A stretch of DNA of 64,000 nucleotides from the human T2T-CHM13v2.0 reference genome, Homo sapiens, in assembly GCF_009914755.1 (NCBI RefSeq), contig NC_060932.1; one strand, 5' to 3'. Each line of letters begins with the position of its first letter. The stretch's first letter is position 1. A model generated the notes under the pieces. That model was not told the origin of the DNA. It did not search any database and saw only the letters and a program-made list of their open reading frames with translations. Both the position numbers and the translations under genes were made by a program. This document shows positions 48,704-63,578 of this stretch, one piece after another.

Positions 48704-49286
48704 CAGCTTGCACTTCATGATGATGTTTTCGTCAACAGTAGACCACATATACAACAGCAGTCCCGTAAAATTATAATGGAACTGGAAAAAAAATGGAGCC
48801 TAGTGATGTCGAACTGTCTTAATGTTGTAGCACAATTTATTTTTTAAGTAAATTTAGTGTGGCCTAAGTGTACATATTTATAAAGTCTGTAGTGGTGTAC
48901 AGCAATGTCCTCGGCTTTCACATCCACTCACCACTCACTCACTGACTCACCCAGAACAACTTTCAATCCTGTAAACTCCATTCATGGTAAGCGCCCTATA
49001 CAGGTGTAGCTTTTTAAAAAAAAAATCTTTTATGCTGAATTTTTACTTTATCTTTGCTATGTTTAGATACACAAACACTTACCATTGTTATAGTTGCCCA
49101 CAGTATAGTCACGTGGTGTACAAGTTTGTGCCTAGGAACAATAGCCTGTACCATACAGCCTAGGTGTGTAGTAGACTGTACCATCTAGGTTTATGTAAGT
49201 ACACTCTATGATGTTAGCACAACAGTGAAATCCTCTAATAACACATTTCGTAGAACGTGTCGCCATCATTCAGTGACTCATGACTG
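48704..49286. mobile_element. Tigger3-type element
   Basis: TA-flanked; cactcactgactcacccagaacaac; ends catgactgTA. Confidence 0.85.
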
Positions 49287-49855
49287 TATCTACTTCCACA
49301 AACAGTTGATAAGAGGACCTGCTTACCTCAGCCCTGGAAGCTAAACTTAATTTTTCTAATTTAATAGGTTAAAAAAATTGGTATCTTATTGTTTGGGTTA
49401 TGAGTGAGACTGGATAAATTTTGATATGTTTATTTATTGCTTATATTTGTTTTTCTGTGAACTTCTATTTATATCTTAACCACACTTCCTCAGATTCTTT
49501 GCTTATTGTTTTATGCATTCTCTTTATAAAATGTGTTGTTTACTTGTCATTTACTTTAGTGATGTGTTTTGCAATTTACCTTTTAAAAATGTATATGCTA
49601 TAATGCTTATGGGAATTTTTTTTAATGTAAAAGTTTTAAATTTTGATGAAGTCAGATTTGACAGTCTTCCTTTGTGGTGACAGTTAGGTTTTAAGTCCAG
49701 CAAAACAACAGTTTTAAACTATGATTCCTTGCTGCCTTGTCTAGGCAGTTTTACTAATGACACAGGAACCCGTCATTCGAAAGTATGAGTGCATTCCAAA
49801 TGCCAAAACCAAGCACACATGACAACTCTTTCTACCTTATACTTTTTTTAACCAG

Positions 49856-49921
49856 GATAGTGTTGAATACTGCATCATTGGTGTCACAATTTTATCTCAG
49901 CTAACCAATGAAATTAATCAA
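49856..49921 (+). CDS. XPO7: Exportin-7 exon 5 (DSVEYCII...TNEINQ)
   Basis: aaccAG|GAT...CAA|GTAAGT; 66 nt, phase 0/0. Confidence 0.97.
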
Positions 49922-49948
49922 GTAAGTGCTACAGCCTTCCTCATTGAA
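49922..49948 (+). CDS. XPO7: Exon 5 alternative-donor extension (+VSATAFLIE)
   Basis: 27 nt in frame ending GAA|GTAAGT; matches the 9-aa longer XPO7 isoform I recall. Confidence 0.8.
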
Positions 49949-50205
49949 GTAAGTGCCATATTTTTTCTTAGTATTGGTGTTTTCTGCTGTGTGTGGGATG
50001 ATCTTTTTTGGCAGTTGTGTGCTTTTGCGGTAAGTGATTAATGCCCTTTTGAAACAAAATAGTTCCATTGGGTTTTCCTCTGTAATTGCAACTCACCTCA
50101 CTTTTTGTCCTGTTCCCTTTCTGTCTCCAGGTTGTTTTCCCCTTTTCCATCTTAGCTTTTTTTTTTTTATTGGTACTAATTATCATTTTAGAGATAAAAG
50201 CGATC

Positions 50206-50464
<259 letters not shown>

Positions 50465-50924
50465 GCAAAATACTACTGCCTTGCCCATGAAGGAGAATGA
50501 CTTCAAAAAAGAGACCATAAAGGTCGACCTTTTGTGTGCCCCTTCTGCTCCTATATACTTTAAATTTTTTAAATGGTCATTGATGCCACAGAATACTACA
50601 GAGGAAACACCAGTGGCTTTCTTTTGCCCTGGCTATATTTTAGTCATTTACTTTTTTATCCAGCTAAAAATTTGTGATTATAGAACAGGCCCTTATCAAT
50701 ATTAGCTATAACATCTCACCCTTAAGTTGGAAGCATATTAATGATATCAGCATTACTGTTGCTATTGCTCATAATTCTGCAGACATTTTTATTAACCCTG
50801 AGAAATCTTAACTGTGAGTTGGTCCTATTTCAAATGTGTTAGCTTAGAGCCTGTGAAAATTGGGAGTCCATGTTGTGTTTTCTTGCCACATGCAATCCCC
50901 GTTGTGATCAGTAATTACCAAAAT

Positions 50925-51160
50925 AATAACAGCTTACACTTTTGAGTGATTACTGTTACCACCATTCTAAGCACTTTATAGTAACTAATTTTATTCTCAG
51001 AACAGTAATATGAGGTAGGTACTGTGTTTATCCCATTTTCTGGATCAGGAAACTGAGGCCCATAAAGATGAAATCATTTGCCTAAGGTTTCACAAGCAAC
51101 AGATGTGATTCAAACCCAAATAGTCTTATTCTAGGGCCTGTGTTCTTAACAACTAATGTA
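50925..51160 (-). mobile_element. MIR
   Basis: tatcccattttc...gaaactgaggc...gattcaaaccca. Confidence 0.8.
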
Positions 51161-52059
51161 CTATTTAACCACTCTTATCTTTGCAGCAGAAGAGCAGATG
51201 CATTAACTAAGGATAGAGATTGTGGACTTAATGTTTTCCCCTTTGAAGCTTGGCCCCACAGAGTACATAAATTTTGATATATGTATAATAAAAAACTTCA
51301 AGATTTTACTTTTCTAAGAAAGTGATGAAATTTTGTGTAGCATTTAGTGTGTAATCATTCTCTGTGTTATGATCAATATAACAGATTGTATGATACATAA
51401 TCTAGCAAGACCTTTATTATCTAAGACACATGATAACACAATGACAGAAGCAAGAATTGGAGAATATTTTGAGCCTCTAAATAATTTGAATTTTCCATTG
51501 TTTTGTGATTGTCAGATTCAAAAAAGAAAGTATATTTCTGTCACTATTCTTACTTAGAACCTAGAAATAAAATTAAGAAGACTTGATTGTCAGTAATCTT
51601 GCTGCCTTACACTTTAATGTGGAAAAAACAAAATGAGTCTCCTCTTGGATGAATTGATCAGTAAACAGAAGAGATTTAAGCTTTCAGTACATGGTTAGAC
51701 TGAAAATACTCCTGACAACTTTGAAGTTATTTTATTCCACATATTGAATGCCTACTGTGTGTTAGGACTGGGAGCATACTAAAGAAGTAAAAGATTTAGT
51801 TCTTAACCACAAAAACATAAATTTAGCTGAAAAGACAAGAACAGGGAAAGTCAGAGACCAATACAACTACTTAAATTAAGTTTTCACTTCTGGGGTATAG
51901 AGAATATGTTGAAATAGGTTAGAAAAGGAGGTGAATATTATGGGCTGTTGTCATTTGTAAATTCTGCAGTAACTTCAGCGTTGAGGGTTTTTTTTGTTTT
52001 TGTTTTTGTTTTGAGTTTTGCTTACTGAAATCAAAGAGTTGTTACTCTGTCTGTGGGTG

Positions 52060-52318
52060 TTTAAGAGACAGGATCTCACTCTGCTGCCCAGGCTGGAGTG
52101 CAGTGCAGCCACGAATGCCTGGGCTCCAGGCCCTCCTGAGTAGCTAGGACTTACAGGCATGCACCACCACACCGATTTTTTTATTTTTTTATTTTTATTT
52201 TTTTTAGTTTTTAGAGGTGGTGGGGGGTCTCACTGTGTCTGCTTCTGGGCTCAAATGATCCTCCTGCCTCAACCTCCCAAAGTTCTAGAATTACAGAGGT
52301 GAGTCACCACGCCTGGCC
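52060..52318 (-). mobile_element. Alu (AluJ-like, with deletions)
   Basis: Antisense Alu motifs. Confidence 0.85.
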
Positions 52319-52659
52319 CATTAAGCCACAGTACAACATGAAAGTAATTATCAGTAACGTCTGCCAACAATTTAAGTTTTACCTCCCTGAATACAGAGGA
52401 AAATAAGAATTTGCAGCAGAGATTATCCATCCTTTTGTTTTCCCTCTGTAAGCTAGAGAGAAAGGATACCCTGGCTATTAGCAGTTTACTATCCTCCATC
52501 CTTTCACTAGATAGCGTTTCACAATAATTTAAATGTTAAAAATGTATTTTATGTTTATGTTGCTCTTACTGGAAATCCTTCTAGCTTATAGGAAGTCTAC
52601 ATGAAAAATTCTTTTTTTGCAATTAATTCTTTGCATTGGTTTCTTCTTTTTCTGCACAG

Positions 52660-52764
52660 GCAGACACCACCCATCCTTTAACCAAGCACAGAAAAATAGC
52701 CTCTTCTTTTCGCGATTCATCATTATTTGATATCTTCACACTTTCCTGCAATTTACTAAAACAG
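52660..52764 (+). CDS. XPO7: Exportin-7 exon 6 (ADTTHPLTK...CNLLKQ)
   Basis: tgcacAG|GCA...CAG|GTGAGC; 105 nt, phase 0/0. Confidence 0.97.
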
Positions 52765-54345
52765 GTGAGCATGTAGTTTGGGTCATATTTCCCAGTTTCT
52801 TTTGAAAGAATGAGAATGGATGGGAACTTGTTAAATGTCAGCTTTTAACTGATCCCACGAGAGTTTATGCATCTGTTTAATCATCATCTCTTATATAAGA
52901 CTCATAGAGGCGTTGAAGAAACTGGTCAGAGTGACCACTGAGGTTGGAGAAATGATTGTCACTTCCCTGTTTCAGCTCAATTCCCCTAGGTAAAGAGCAG
53001 TAAGTGAGCATTTATCCCATACTCCTATCTTAAAGGGATCTAGTTTACCTAACTCAGAGTTTGAAGTTGTGTTGTTATTGTTTTTATAACCACATAAAAT
53101 CTTTCTATATGGTGCGAAAGCATGTTAGTTTTATGGTGTTTGGATTCTTAGTGCTCTGAAAGTAGGTTCAGACTATGTTGTTAGCATACAGAAACCAGGC
53201 TGGTTCCCCTGTCCCCCGCTGAGTTAAAAGCAGCACATAAACAAGTAACATCTGTAAGGAAAAGTAGATTTTGAATTTTTAACATCCATTTAGATTTAAT
53301 AACCTGGAGGAGTAGACAGTATCACATAAGGAAATTACCTGTGTTAAAATCGAAAGTTGGTGTTTTCAATTCATTTATTGATAGAGCTGAACTAAGAAAG
53401 AAGTGTTAAGCTGGGAGTTCCACACAGTTGTAACACAGCTCGGATGCTTTATCCCTAAGAAAGCTAAATAGGGTTAGCCTCTGGTTTTTTGTTCATTTTT
53501 GTGGTTTTGTTCTTATTTTCCAACATTTCCCAATTTTAGTTTTGGAAGCCAGTTTGTATTCTTTCTGTTATTCCAGTTAACGATATTCATCTTTTTCCTC
53601 AATTACTTAGTTTTACCTTAGAATTCCCAAATAATCCTCAGGTTAAGCAAAGCTGCCTAGCAAAAGCTGTTGCACCCGCTGGAGGGGAAAAGCTTTTGAG
53701 AAAACTAAGGATTGAATCCTCCTTACTGATACCATCAGGAACAAATAATTAGCCAGCCAGTCACGGAGGCTCAGCTGGTATAACCTTGGAATGGGACAGG
53801 CACAGTAGCTATGGCCAGTACTCACCTGTAGTCTGCAGGTACATTGCAATGAGTAAATAAAATTCACTGATGATTTTAATTCTGGTTTGAGAGATTTTTG
53901 GTGATGGTGGTTGTAAAAACGAGGAAAGAAAGTAGGGCAGGGTGTTAAGCATCCTCAGAGCTCCCTCCAGAGTTTAATCCCAGCCCTGTCTAGAAATAAC
54001 TAAGATCTCACATGCCAATAAAATGACCACAGGAGCCATATTGCTTCAGAATTCTCTGTGACCATTATGTCTACATTGTGTGAGGAGTATAGTAAGTGTT
54101 AAAACAGGGCTTTCTTTAAATACCAACTTCATGTTTTTATAGTAAATATGTTTTAATAGTATATAAGGAGCTAGGTATTTTCATAGTCACAGGTGATAGA
54201 AGTACCACATCTTTGGAGAGAAGGGGACATTTTACTGTGCTAACATATAGCCCTCCTTTTCTGACTTAACAGCTTTGTTGAGTCTGGGAGCAAGCTGGGA
54301 AGAGAGGAGTGATTTTGGGGACTCATTATGTGGTAATTTTTACAG

Positions 54346-54511
54346 GCTTCAGGAAAGAATCTAAACTTGAATGATGAAAGTCAGCATGGCTTGCTCATGC
54401 AACTGCTCAAGCTCACTCATAACTGCCTCAACTTTGACTTCATTGGCACTTCCACTGATGAGTCCTCAGACGACCTGTGTACAGTGCAGATTCCCACCAG
54501 CTGGAGATCAG
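54346..54511 (+). CDS. XPO7: Exportin-7 exon 7 (ASGKNLNL...PTSWRS)
   Basis: tttacAG|GCT...TCAG|GTAACA; 166 nt, phase 0/1. Confidence 0.97.
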
Positions 54512-54634
54512 GTAACAGAACTTCCTCCACCTCAAAGGCTGTCTGTCACTCCCCTACAGAGTGTCTGTAGAATGATCTAAAGAACTCCTGGCAACTCCTG
54601 TGTATTCTGAGGGAGAATTGAGAAAAAATTCTAA

Positions 54635-54964
<330 letters not shown>

Positions 54965-55288
54965 TAATGTTGGGGAGGTTGTTGGAGTAATCTCATAGAT
55001 CCCCCAGTGTCAAAGAACTTTTAAAATTGCCGATTAATAATAGATGTGTATTTCACCTTCTTGCATTAATTGCCTAGAGACTTCTGTAATCTATTTAGGG
55101 TAATAACTATCTTTAAAAACAAAATCAAACACAACAACTTGTTCTTATGTTTGCCTTTGTATTCCAGAAGGATAAAAGTTTTAAATTCTTTTTATGGACA
55201 GAGGTGTTCAGGTTAAGTTCTCAGAGAATTGAAAGAAGAAATCTGTTTCTTAGAGAAGCTAAAATAGTACTTTCAAAAAAAGAAAAGA

Positions 55289-55833
<545 letters not shown>

Positions 55834-56519
55834 GTGAGTCAGGACTACCGTTTCTTAAAGCAAACCTATTCATAGAAGATAGCAATGGTGAATGAACCTT
55901 ATATTCGTTTTGTTTTATAAAATTATACAAGTAAAGCATAGAAGTACTAGGCTAGTTATCTAGTCTTTTGAGATTAAGCTTGTAGCCTAAAGGTTCCAGC
56001 CATAAAGTCTTAATTATTTTTAAATTATTCCTGTCTAAAGGCCAATTCCTGCAGATGGTCAAGCTCTTTTGGGTCTCATCGTGTATCTGACTTTATGCTG
56101 TTCCTCGAACGGCCACAGGCTAGCACCTGGGGATTCACCTAATACTGTCTAGTTGAACTATTAAGATTGTCCTGACTCAGAAAACCCCTTAGGTGTACAT
56201 TAGATTGTCATAAATGGAAACTGTGATGAGAAGGCTAATTTGCATACTTACCCTGAATAACATTTGAAAGCTATTGGGAATGGTGTATTTCTCTTTTAAA
56301 GCCATAATTAACCTAAAACCTCAAAATTCATTCACGTTCTAAAATACTATTGGTCTGGTATTTCAGATTGTTGGTGTAAATTACCGGTTGGTGTTATACA
56401 CAAAATATATAAAGAAGACACAGTGAAGTAATGAGTGGTGTGCATAGTGTTTGTTCAGTAGAGGACTTTTCTGGCCATTGTAGCACTTCTCCAAATTAAT
56501 GTAGACCTTTGTGTTCGCT

Positions 56520-57011
56520 GAAACATGATTTCAGTGTTGTCGGGTGTATCGTTAAGGTTACTGCAAGAAAAGGTAGCACAGTCAAGAGGGATGATTAAGA
56601 GAGTACTACTTGCAAAGGTATGGGTAAAATTAAGGGACACCAGCACGGGGTGGTGGTGCATGCCCCTGGGGCTGGCAGTAGTGGGGAGCCTCAAAGGGCA
56701 AGTGAAGGAAACCTGGAGAGAGTTGAAGCTGTGTCTTAGAGGAGGGCTGGACAACAAGAACTACAGCCATCACTAGAGAAACTCTGCCACTGCATAGCCA
56801 GCTGGATGGTCGGAAGAGGGGTACCCTGTTCCCTCTGCCCTCTAATCTCCTGCTGGTACTTTGCATTGGTTGAAGCCAACTAGAAGCCAGAGGGCAAGGG
56901 AGCTTGGCTGCTCTCCTCAACAGAGGTCAGCCTCCTAGGGAATAGGGCAGGGTGGAAAAGGGTCGAAAGCAGATCTAGAGGGGGCAAACAGAGAATGTAA
57001 ATATCTAACAC
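56520..57011 (-). mobile_element. ERVL-type solo LTR (LTR33-like)
   Basis: gaagccagagggcaagggagc...aggtcagcctcc...gatctagagggggcaaacag. Confidence 0.6.
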
Positions 57012-57050
57012 AGTGGGAACAGAGGGAAATGTCTTCAGGGATAAAGCTGG

Positions 57051-57696
<646 letters not shown>

Positions 57697-58073
57697 GATA
57701 CGCTTATTTCTTTATAGCATGTAATGACATAAGCACATAACATCTACATGTCAAACTCAGATTAGCCAAGAAAACTAAATCTAAAACTTTAAAGTATAAA
57801 TTGCTCGATATTTTTAAGGGTGAAATAACGTATCTCAGCAAGAACAAAGATGCCATTGGAGTGGTCAAAGGAATTTGTACCTAAGGGAATTTCCAAACTG
57901 AATTTAATGGGCTGCCGTGGTCTGCTTGGATCTATGTTCTTTTCTTTTCTCTTTTTAAAATAATGTTGCTTCAGATATCCTAAAGAAGGATATTGTAGGA
58001 GGTGGAACGTTTCTGGTGAAAGTAACTGTACAGTCTTTTTAATCGTTGTGTTTGGGTTCTGCCCTGCATTTAG

Positions 58074-58193
58074 GTATTATCCTGCTTGGTACAGATCGCT
58101 TCAGTCAGAAGATCCCTGTTTAACAATGCAGAGAGGGCCAAGTTTCTCTCTCATCTTGTTGATGGTGTTAAACGAATACTGGAAAACCCACAG
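58074..58193 (+). CDS. XPO7: Exportin-7 exon 9 (VLSCLVQ...ILENPQ)
   Basis: tttAG|GTA...CAG|GTAAGT; 120 nt, phase 0/0. Confidence 0.97.
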
Positions 58194-58475
58194 GTAAGTT
58201 TATCTGAGAATTTACATATGTATAGGATTAGTGTATGGCCAGCTGTTATGAGTCAGAAGGAAATCCATCCCAAGGCCCAGTAAACAATTCAGTCTGTTCT
58301 TCAGGGAAGACTGAAGTGAATCTCTATTTGTAGGCCAATTCTGAGATTATTTGCCCAAAAGAGGAGCTTATATCCTCCCGCTTCAGAAATGTAGGAGTTA
58401 CAGGAAAGAATCACTTCGCTATAAGGAAATAAGGAAGAAGCTAGTCATTTTTCCCCCCAAGAAGTTAAGACTCTA

Positions 58476-58835
<360 letters not shown>

Positions 58836-59721
58836 CTAAGTATATAGGGCTGCTTTTAGGTGGGAAGGAAGATACTTCTTTCAAACGTTAATTTCATAAC
58901 TCGATTGCCCTTTTTGTCTTTTGAAGTCCCAGTGATTCAGTATTTTTTTGAAAGTATCACTTCTCTATACTAGAAGAAAATTAAAAAGCAAGTTTATTTC
59001 AAAATATACTCAGTTTTGTCCCTCTTTTTAAAATTCATTTATTCATTCAACAAATTACATTGAATACCTACTCTGTGCCAGGGATACACGGGTGAACAAA
59101 ACAAAGTCTTAGCCCACATATGCTAACAGAAGAAGACATATCAGGAAACATACAATTAAATATACTGGTAGAATAGATTTTAAAATAGCTGTAATATTTG
59201 CTATATCATATAAATACTACTATATGAATAAATTACAGTAAGTGATATAAATATATGAAACATTTGTATAACTTTGCTAACTATCGGTTAGTTGTGCTGA
59301 ATGATCAGTTTGACAGACGTGGAAATGAAAATTTCATTAGATTTCCTTTGATTGGTAACAATAAGAAAACAAGTCAGTCACGTCTTAGGTCGTGCCCACT
59401 TCTGCTATAATGAGCTTTACAGCCTCAGTGTGATCCTCCTGGGCTTCTGTTTCAAACTCTGTCCATTGAGGCTAATAATGTCATCTCATGTGATTATTAT
59501 TGTGAACATATGAGATAATAAATGTGACTGTCCCTTTTCAAAGTGACTTTAAAAAATTGTTTCTGAACATTATGCAGACGTATCATTCTGAATCATGACC
59601 TGCAGCCCAGAAGTTAAAAAGTAGATTCTACCCCTTCCCCCATGCCATCTCAAGTATACATCATTCTTGAAGTATGTTAAGGCACATTTTACATTTTATT
59701 TTTCTCCTCTGCTACTGCCAG

Positions 59722-59868
59722 AGTTTATCAGACCCAAACAATTACCATGAGTTTTGCAGACTACTGGCCCGATTGAAGAGTAACTATCAACTGGGAGAAT
59801 TGGTAAAGGTGGAAAACTACCCTGAGGTCATCCGATTGATAGCCAACTTCACAGTGACCAGCCTACAG
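59722..59868 (+). CDS. XPO7: Exportin-7 exon 10 (SLSDPNNY...TVTSLQ)
   Basis: tgccAG|AGT...CAG|GTTTGT; 147 nt, phase 0/0. Confidence 0.97.
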
Positions 59869-60209
59869 GTTTGTCTTTGATTACTTGTGTCTTCCTTCCT
59901 AAATACTGGAATCTCTTGCTTGTTGGTTTTAACCATGTAAGAATATATTTTTTTTTCTTGGCAAAGGTAACCATAAGTCCAGTATAGCCCTACAGAGTAG
60001 TTACTATTGTGGCCTGTGATTTACATTTACACAAGTGCAAGTAGTGTGGGGAGAGGAACATGTGGGAATTACTAGGATAATATTTAGATTCATCCCAGAG
60101 AGAATTAGCTCATAGTCACCCCAAAAAAGCCAAGGTCGGAACAGGGAGCTAGACAGAAGAGTAAAAAGAGAGTTGATGCCCTCTCTTTCTTAGTCATGTA
60201 ATATAGAAC

Positions 60210-60385
60210 AATGGGTCTCAAATTTTATGGCTTGTATCACAGTCATCTAGGGGACTGATGAAAAAATATAGATTCTTGAGTCTTATCCCCATAATTTCTG
60301 GTTCAGTAGGTCCAGGGTAGAGCCTTGGTGTTTCTAACAAGTTCTTCAGGTGATTGTCATGCATACTAATGGTTGAGACCCACTT
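60210..60385. mobile_element. MER5-like hAT MITE
   Basis: tctggttcagtaggtccaggg...tctaacaagttcttcaggtgatt...ttgagacccac. Confidence 0.7.
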
Positions 60386-60631
60386 ACATATGGCTTTCCT
60401 TATGGTAAGGCTTACACAGCCAGCATAGAGTAGCCCTTCTCATTAGATGCTTAATCTTGAAAATACTAATAAACACATTAAACTAGATGCCATACACAGA
60501 ACAAAGCCCACAAAAGTCTATCCTCTTTTTTTAAAAAAAAAGAAAAAAGTCTTTATCTTCTGTGTCAGTGGCATGGGACTAACACGTACAGAAATGAAAA
60601 ATATGCCTTCTGCTTTTCTACTTTTCTTTAG

Positions 60632-60804
60632 CACTGGGAATTTGCTCCAAATAGTGTGCACTATCTTCTGAGCCTGTGGCAGCGGCTGGCAGCCTCTGTG
60701 CCGTATGTCAAAGCCACAGAGCCCCACATGCTGGAAACTTACACTCCTGAGGTCACCAAAGCCTACATCACATCCCGGTTGGAATCTGTGCACATCATAC
60801 TGAG
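60632..60804 (+). CDS. XPO7: Exportin-7 exon 11 (HWEFAPNS...VHIILR)
   Basis: ctttAG|CAC...CTGAG|GTAAGG; 173 nt, phase 0/2. Confidence 0.97.
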
Positions 60805-61659
60805 GTAAGGAAACTTAGCCTCATTCATTCCCGCACCAGTGGCCTGTTGTCACACTTCCTAGAGATCAGACACCCCATTGGCAAAGAGGTACTCGAAGCG
60901 TGTCTCATTGGAGCCACTACTGTTCATGGTTCTTCTTCCTTGTCAGCAGAGTAGCATGAGAGCATAAAGCCTGATAGAATAGTCTTGTCTCTTGAACATT
61001 TATATTCTATTCATGTTCCCCCTTTTCACTGTCCATAGCAATATCTTTGAATAGAGTATATCCATATAATGTTTGTCCTTGCCGCTGTTTTTCTTTCAAT
61101 GTGAGAAACATTTATAAGATATAGATGATAAGAATTATGTGTAACTTATAGGTGCTTAATGTGAACTCCTAAAGAAATAAGTGGATAAAGATTACACAAT
61201 CTAGTTATCAATTCTAATTCCAGAGCTAGAACACATAAGAATTCTAAGCCACTGATCACTGATTGCTTTACATTCATACATGGTTTCTGTCTACATTGAC
61301 TTAACTGAACCAAAATCCCGTAGCTAAAGAAATGTCAAGCCCTTTCAAAAATTACCTATATTAAATGAAGTTATAGCCCTGTTTAGGTAGCTTTCTTGTT
61401 TTCACTGGCTGTTTGTCAAGAGAATTTACTTGGAGTCTAAGGGTCTGGGGCCTTTTTAAGTTGGATTCTTAATTTGCTTAGCCCCAAGTGCATTGAATAG
61501 TCATGAGTTATAGTCTTAACTGTTGATGACTTGAATCAGTTCAAAATCTGAGTATTCATGAAGTTCACCAGCAAGCCTTCTTCTGTCACCTCCATAGCTT
61601 CCACTCCTGAGGATTCGGCTGGCTTCAGTGAGGCATTGTTGGGGAGTGGTTACATGTTT

Positions 61660-61830
61660 GTAGGCTCTGGGGCCGGATAGCCAGTTAGTAGCTCTGTACT
61701 CTTGGGCAAGTTGCTCCATTTCTGTATTTGTAAAATTCAAATAATAATAGGCCTGCCTCATAAGGTTCTTACAAGGATTAAATTAATATGACCTGGCACA
61801 GTGTGTAGCACATGGTAAGCACACAGCTAG
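61660..61830 (+). mobile_element. MIR
   Basis: cttgggcaagtt...tttgtaaaat...aggattaaatta...ctggcaca. Confidence 0.75.
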
Positions 61831-61837
61831 TTTTAGT

Positions 61838-61866
61838 GCTGCTGCTCCTGCTGCTGCTGCTGCTGC
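61838..61866. repeat. Interrupted (CTG)n
   Basis: gctgctgctcctgctgctgctgctgctgc. Confidence 0.8.
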
Positions 61867-61956
61867 CATTATCATACTGCAGTGTAACAACAGAAGAGCT
61901 CCTCATTGGACAAGATGTTAAAATCTAGGAGCTGGCAGATAAGGCAAGACCTAGTA

Positions 61957-62286
61957 CAGGGCCACAATGCCTTGTCTGCAATTCCAAAGTCAAAGATGTG
62001 ACAAAAGAAATTTCCTCATCAGTTTGGCATTAGAATTCACTTGTTACAAAACCGGACGGGAGTTGGTATGAGACCATTTGTAGTTTTTTTAAAATCCTAC
62101 TTAGTATGACCATTTATAATATTCATAAGTTTTGCTACAGGAACGTTGAGTTTGATGTGCCACAAAGCCCATCAAGGGTTTTATATGATATGGTAGAAGC
62201 ATCATACTGCCTTCCTCCAATTTGAACAGTTCTGAATTCCAAGACACACCTGGCCACAATGGCCTCCCACACAGGACTGTGTACTT
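61957..62286. mobile_element. TcMar-Tigger MITE (MER46C-like)
   Basis: TAcagggccacaatgccttgtc...ctgaattccaagacacacctggcc...ggactgtg. Confidence 0.55.
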
Positions 62287-62637
62287 ATCCTACAGTTTAC
62301 TATAGTCAAGAACAAGCGAAAGACTAAGAGTCAAGAGGTCAGAGAGTTGAGAAGGGCAGGACTTTGAGGTTTAAGGCAGAAAAACATTAAGAGTTGAGAA
62401 TTCAGATTGTAAGATTTGACACCAACAAGCAGAATATACCTAAGGGAGACTGATGCTAGGGCGAAGACATTGGCCTTCTGCCTCATTAAACATTCTTCCT
62501 TGGGAAAAAGTAATGTCGGGATGTAGACCTCTACAGTCAGAAACGGTGGCTAAGTGAAGAAGTCAGAGAGCTGCTATATTGGGCAAATCAGTAGTCATAT
62601 TTTAAGAGAGCTGCCTTCCTTCTTCCCTTGGGAATAG

Positions 62638-62831
62638 AGATGGCCTGGAAGATCCCCTGGAGGATACGGGGCTGGTCCAGCAGCAGTTGGACCAGCTGTC
62701 CACCATTGGGCGTTGTGAATATGAGAAGACGTGTGCACTCCTCGTGCAGTTGTTTGACCAGTCGGCCCAGTCGTACCAGGAGCTGCTACAGAGCGCCAGC
62801 GCAAGCCCAATGGACATTGCAGTGCAGGAGG
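62638..62831 (+). CDS. XPO7: Exportin-7 exon 12 (DGLEDPLED...IAVQEG)
   Basis: gaatAG|A GAT...GAGG|GTGAGT; 194 nt, phase 2/1. Confidence 0.97.
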
Positions 62832-63033
62832 GTGAGTGTGCAGCGTGCTGGGAACTCTAGACCTGTGAGGAGATGTTGTCTAGTACCCCTTCGCTCATTG
62901 CCACCTCTTTCCTACCTCCCTGCAAAAGGATTCTTTCATCATCTGTTGTCTCCATATGCACAAGAATCTTTATGAATGAATAAATCCCTCAAGGGACTAG
63001 GGAAGAAGAACTGAAATCACATCTGCAGTGGGA

Positions 63034-63161
63034 TTTTGTTTTAAGAGATGAGGTCTCGCTATGTTGCCCACGTGGGCCTTGTACTTCTTGGCTCAAGTGA
63101 TCCTCCTGCCTCAGCCTCCCGAAGTAGCTGGGACTACAGGCATGTGCCACCACACCTGGCT
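63034..63161 (-). mobile_element. Alu monomer (FLAM-like)
   Basis: Single antisense arm. Confidence 0.85.
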
Positions 63162-63578
63162 CCTGTCTGCTTTTTAATGCCCCACAGCACAGCTGGGACC
63201 AGGCCAAGAGGTTTATGACTGCTAAATCAAGGCCCAGGGGAAACAGGGAGATAAGTACAGATAGTAACCTGGGCTTCCTCTTTTTACCGGGCCTGGCTGG
63301 TGTTTGTAACATGGCACTGTGCCCAGCTTGGGTGTTTTTAACTCTAAGGAAATACTACACTAAAAATAATGGCCTTGTCTGATACAGGAACATTGGTTAC
63401 CTAACGAATTTCCCTCTTAGCATTGCCCTTACCAAAGCAGAGAAGTAGCCATTCTCTGTAAGAAAAGTAAGACTTCATGGTTTCACCACAGTGTTCTTAA
63501 GATTAAGGAAGTTCAGAGTGAGGAATGTCTTCAAGAAACTATCACTGGAGGTGACACTGGGTCTGTCTCCTGCTGCAG

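Noticed and set aside
58069-58079. AG|GT at the exon 9 acceptor as a recursive splice site
   Set aside because: GTATTA is a weak donor and is explained by the Val-Leu codons
61838-61866. CTG repeat as an expansion locus
   Set aside because: Short, interrupted and at a MIR end
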